Notes under the pieces: model-generated
The model's database searches: none
The model's input: the letters and a program-made list of their open reading frames with translations, nothing else
What the model was told of the DNA's origin: nothing
Part shown: positions 62,185-64,000 of the stretch, piece by piece
How positions within the stretch are numbered: position 1 is the stretch's first letter
How the letters are laid out: each line of letters opens with the position of its first letter
Made by a program: the position numbers and the translations under genes
NCBI RefSeq assembly: GCF_006345805.1
Contig: NC_042999.1
Coordinates: 116,002,001-116,066,000 of the forward strand
DNA from: Octopus sinensis
Lineage: Eukaryota
Direction of reading: 5' to 3'
DNA length: 64,000 nt

Positions 62185-63045
62185 CTACCACACACAAATG
62201 CTATCATCCCAGTTAACCCTTCTTTTATGTTGCTGTACCTCTTATGCATCCATAGCTTACACTGGGTACATCATATGGAGTTTCTACCTACACCTTTTCT
62301 ACAGATTGAGCCCTGTGCAGGGCTTGTACAGCTCTTATTAGCCACTCATCTATCCCTAGTTTCTGCATTGCCCACCAGATAAGGGATCAAGGGACCCTGT
62401 CAAAGGCTTTCTTAAAGTCAACAAGAGCTAAGTATAGGGGTTTATCTTTAGCTAGGTATTTTTCCTGCAGTTGCCTTACCAGGAATATAGCATCAGTAGT
62501 GCTTCTGCCTGGCACACAACCGAACTGTATCTCATCTAAGCAGACTCTCTCCCTAATTGGTTGGGCTATGACCATCTCTATGACCTTCATCACCTGTAGT
62601 TATTTCTATCTAAAGCATCACCTTTACCTTTGTAGTTGTTGACTATGATGCTGCTACGCCAGTCATTGGGTATGACTCCTTCGTGAACTACCTGGTTTAC
62701 AATACAAGTGACTAGACCATAACCCACACCACCAGATATTTTAAGCGATACTTGATGGGCCGGGGGCTTTTCCTGAATTCATATCCTTAATTGCTTTATT
62801 TACCAGGGTGCTATCCATTTGGGTAGCTGGTCCCTCAACTGGGTCAAAATTTGGCAGGCTCTCCTCCTCCCATTCATTCTCCACATTCAGTAGCCTTTCA
62901 TAATGGCTTCTCCAAGCCTCTTTCATTGCAGAATCATTAAAAACAAGTGCACCATCATCCATGAGGACACATTTCTCTCCTGCAACATCAAAGTTTTCTC
63001 TCACACACTGTCTTGCAATCTGAAATAATACTTCAGTTTGCAAGA
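62185..63045 (-). mobile_element. RTE LINE internal fragment (RT N-terminal part and Cys/His finger; RT core deleted)
   Basis: KAIKDMNSGKAPGPS; QFGCVPGRSTTDAIFLVRQLQEKYLAKDKPLYLALVDFKKAFDRVP; then ICRKGVGRNSI*CTQCKLWMHKR..FVCGR. Confidence 0.88.
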
Positions 63046-63164
63046 TAGTGTGTGATATATATATATATATTTATATACACACACACACACACATATGCGT
63101 ACATACATACATATATGTGTGTGTGTATGTATATATTATATATATACATGCACACAATAGGATT

Positions 63165-63330
63165 CTGCACAGGTTTTGTCTAACAAATTTCCTCACAAGG
63201 CAGTATTGGTTGGCCCAAGGCTTTAGTAGAAGACGCTTGCCTAAGGTGCTGCACAGCAGGACTGAACCCAGCCCAAAACCAGCTGTTTGCAAAACAAGCT
63301 TCTTAACCCCACAGCCATGCCTGCACCTGT
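63165..63330 (-). mobile_element. SINE family B head
   Basis: Reverse complement of the family B 5' part. Confidence 0.7.
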
Positions 63331-64000
63331 TGAAAAGTTTTCACTAACTGCATGGAAACTTTCAGTTAGCCTGACTGCATGACATATGTGAGACCCTCCT
63401 GTAGTCACGTTAGACTTACCATAGTTTACCTGCTCACTTACCACCAGACTCTCTAGAAATAACTTTACTGTTACAAAATCTGTTTATTAACTAACCTACC
63501 AGAATTAGTTCCAGTCAGTCACATAAGTTGTCTTAGTAATGTAGAATTCTATTATAACTTATGACCTGCTTGCTAATCATATGCTACCAAGGTAGTATTT
63601 GGTTGTCTAGTACTTGTCAGAAAATTACTTATATTTGTTGTAATGTGGTTGTGTGTGTGTATCGTATTCTGTATCCAGATGTTCAGCACTTGACTATTGG
63701 AATTTTTCAACCAGTGACCATCATATGAGATAATGTCCTAATCCTAAACGAGCTATATAACAACAACAACAACTATAATAATAATAATAATAATAATGAT
63801 TTTGTGGGGTCCACGCTACAAAATAGTAAATTGGGGATCTACAATAGTATTTTAAGGTACTTGAAAATTTTTTGTTTTAGATGTATGTAATGGTATGTAT
63901 TGCAAGAAACAGCTATGTTTCTTGCCCTAACAGGTACATGGTTCAACCCACAGAAGTTAATGTGTGAAAAACAAAATAGGAAATTTGGAAGAAGTTTCTA

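Overview
Repeat-dense, AT-rich animal genomic DNA. The SINE, RTE-LINE and microsatellite repertoire points to a coleoid cephalopod (Octopus-like), which is an inference. The only confidently recognised host gene is exon 1 of a HAD-family pseudouridine-5'-phosphatase (HDHD1/PUDP; + strand, 28012/28156-28213); I found no exon 2 in the remaining ~35.8 kb, so its first intron apparently runs off the window. The rest is microsatellites and decayed transposons: hAT, mariner, DD41D Tc1/mariner, Merlin-like MITEs with TSDs, a Helitron, piggyBac- and pogo-like MITEs, Penelope (RT and GIY-YIG pieces), Tx1, R4/Dong and RTE LINEs, and three tRNA-SINE families. There is a 100-N gap at 54180-54279. The most notable unannotated signal is eight sequence-diverse minimal type-I hammerhead ribozyme motifs (CUGANGA...GAAA-palindrome-UH) plus one half motif. 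Four are clustered in 22.2-24.3 kb among Penelope GIY-YIG remnants and a long inverted repeat. At least two look structurally intact. Nearly all ORFs in the supplied track are microsatellite or TE artefacts. Coordinates were read by eye; repeat boundaries are approximate.
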